64,000 bases of DNA from positions 2,650-66,649 of IMG/VR virus record IMGVR_UViG_3300032224_001411, one strand, 5' to 3'. The notes under the pieces are model-generated. The model was not told the origin of the DNA. It did no database searches and saw only the letters and a list, made by a program, of their open reading frames with translations. The position numbers and the translations under genes were made by a program. Below, piece by piece: positions 62,710 through 64,000 of this stretch (positions are counted from its first letter, which is position 1; each line of letters opens with the position of its first letter). The DNA comes from a virus.

Positions 62710-63491
62710 CCAAAGAACTAGTAGACACTTTTATTAAAGATCTTGAGCTAGATCCTAACAACGAACGAGCACTTACTTCGTTAAAAGTTGCACTTTTAAA
62801 AACATATAACGAAAAAGTTACTGCAATCATTCCTAGTAAATCAAACACTAGTGGGTTAATTACCGTAGTCGAGTCACTAATGACTGACCCTGCAGTTGAA
62901 CAAATTGTCGTAGTAGCAGACGGAAATATGGCACTTGAGCGCTATAGAGAGCTTATGTATCAATACCCAAAAGTACTTCTTACGCATGTCAGACTTGGCT
63001 CAGGAATTCATGTTATGTGGAATATTGGACTAAACATTGCTAATGGCCAGGGAAATACTCCTATTTTTATTAATGATGACATTATTCCAGGGCCAAACGC
63101 TTGCGGACTTTTAGCTGCGCTCCTAGCTCACAATAGTGAGTACGGAGTAATTTGCCCAGACTATGACGGAAGAGTTTTTACTGAACTAGTCCACCCTGTG
63201 TCCCAGGTATGCGGGGCTCGTTATGACGGAACTGGTGGTCTTGGTGGGTTTTTTATGGCACTAAATAAAGACCTAGCTAAAGAATTCACTTTTGATGAAA
63301 GAATGAAGTGGTACTACGGAGACGATGACATCATGCGTTGGTGTAAGTCAAAAGGACACATTGCTGGGATTGCAAGAGTAGCAACTTGTCGAGGCAATAC
63401 TTCGTTTACAATTGTCCATGACCGACCTGTAAACTTTAGCGAAGATACAATGAATGATGAAATAATTTTTAGACAGAAGTGGGGGCTCTAG
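62706..63491 (+). CDS. Glycosyltransferase (paralog of the C-terminal domain of the upstream gene)
   Basis: IPSKSN, SGIH.MWN, NDD, FDE..KW.YGDDD. Confidence 0.8.
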   Translation: MTKELVDTFIKDLELDPNNERALTSLKVALLKTYNEKVTAIIPSKSNTSGLITVVESLMTDPAVEQIVVVADGNMALERYRELMYQYPKVLLTHVRLGSGIHVMWNIGLNIANGQGNTPIFINDDIIPGPNACGLLAALLAHNSEYGVICPDYDGRVFTELVHPVSQVCGARYDGTGGLGGFFMALNKDLAKEFTFDERMKWYYGDDDIMRWCKSKGHIAGIARVATCRGNTSFTIVHDRPVNFSEDTMNDEIIFRQKWGL

Positions 63492-64000
63492 GTTTCTTCT
63501 AGATTATCCTTATCTTTCTTTGTTATCTCGGCTTCTTTCTTTGCTTTTTTATCTGCCACCATATTGTGATAAGCATTTACAGCATTAGAACTAGTTCTAC
63601 TTCTCCATACAAACTGACACTCATTACATTTAACAAGACGCACTGTTGTCCAACGACCACCTTCAGGATTTTCCGCAATATATGGCTCTAAACTTTTAGT
63701 TGTGCCCCCACAGTTTAAACACTGAGGATATCTATCTCTACGAATCTCTGCTCCGTCAGAGTTTACAGAGAGAGTTCTACGAATTTGATGCTCATCTTTA
63801 CCGCCCCAAATTCCCCAAATCATATTATTTTCTAAAGCCCACTTAGTACATTCTTTACGTACCGGGCATGCCGCACAAATACCTTTAGCAATAGATTTTT
63901 CTCTCGAGTCTTCAGAAAAAAAGAAGTCTTGGGCACTCCTATTTTCTTTCTTAGCACACTCGCCTTCTATTTGCCAATCTTGATTTTTACTTGGTTCCCA
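63488..64000 (-). CDS. WhiB-family protein with C-terminal Zn ribbon (5' end outside window)
   Basis: Frame open to the edge: WQIEGEC...FF...AKGICAACPVRKEC..WAL....WGIWGG, then CLNC...CNEC. Confidence 0.85.
   Translation of the reverse strand, partial: WEPSKNQDWQIEGECAKKENRSAQDFFFSEDSREKSIAKGICAACPVRKECTKWALENNMIWGIWGGKDEHQIRRTLSVNSDGAEIRRDRYPQCLNCGGTTKSLEPYIAENPEGGRWTTVRLVKCNECQFVWRSRTSSNAVNAYHNMVADKKAKKEAEITKKDKDNLEET

Overview
This looks like a segment of a large tailed phage infecting Actinobacteria. Supporting genes include two WhiB genes, a ClgR-like regulator, DUF3039, nrdHIEF, thyX, dut, groES, a tmRNA with a FALAA-type tag, tRNA-Arg, a Prim-Pol/SF3 helicase, collagen-like fibres, many glycosyltransferases and five peptidoglycan hydrolases. 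No capsid, portal or large terminase gene was recognised in the window. The most unusual part is ~0.92-19.9 kb, a co-oriented minus-strand array of ~23 short transcription units, most with their own TTGAC-N17-(-10) promoter. The leftmost ~15 units are separated by a modular non-coding spacer: a terminator, phased ACGGTTTT repeats, C-GNA-G triloop / tandem G.A hairpins that should fold only on the + (template) DNA strand, and an A-rich UP element. Further layers sit inside this region: a recurring 5' leader hairpin, a recurring small H-type pseudoknot, a tRNA-like RNA, a C-terminal EPD[LV][VI]Y tag on several neighbouring proteins, and a sharp local depletion of 4-bp palindromes. All calls were made by eye from the sequence and ORF track, with no database searches. 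Where the ORF track ran through a promoter, the start was moved downstream to the codon with an RBS.
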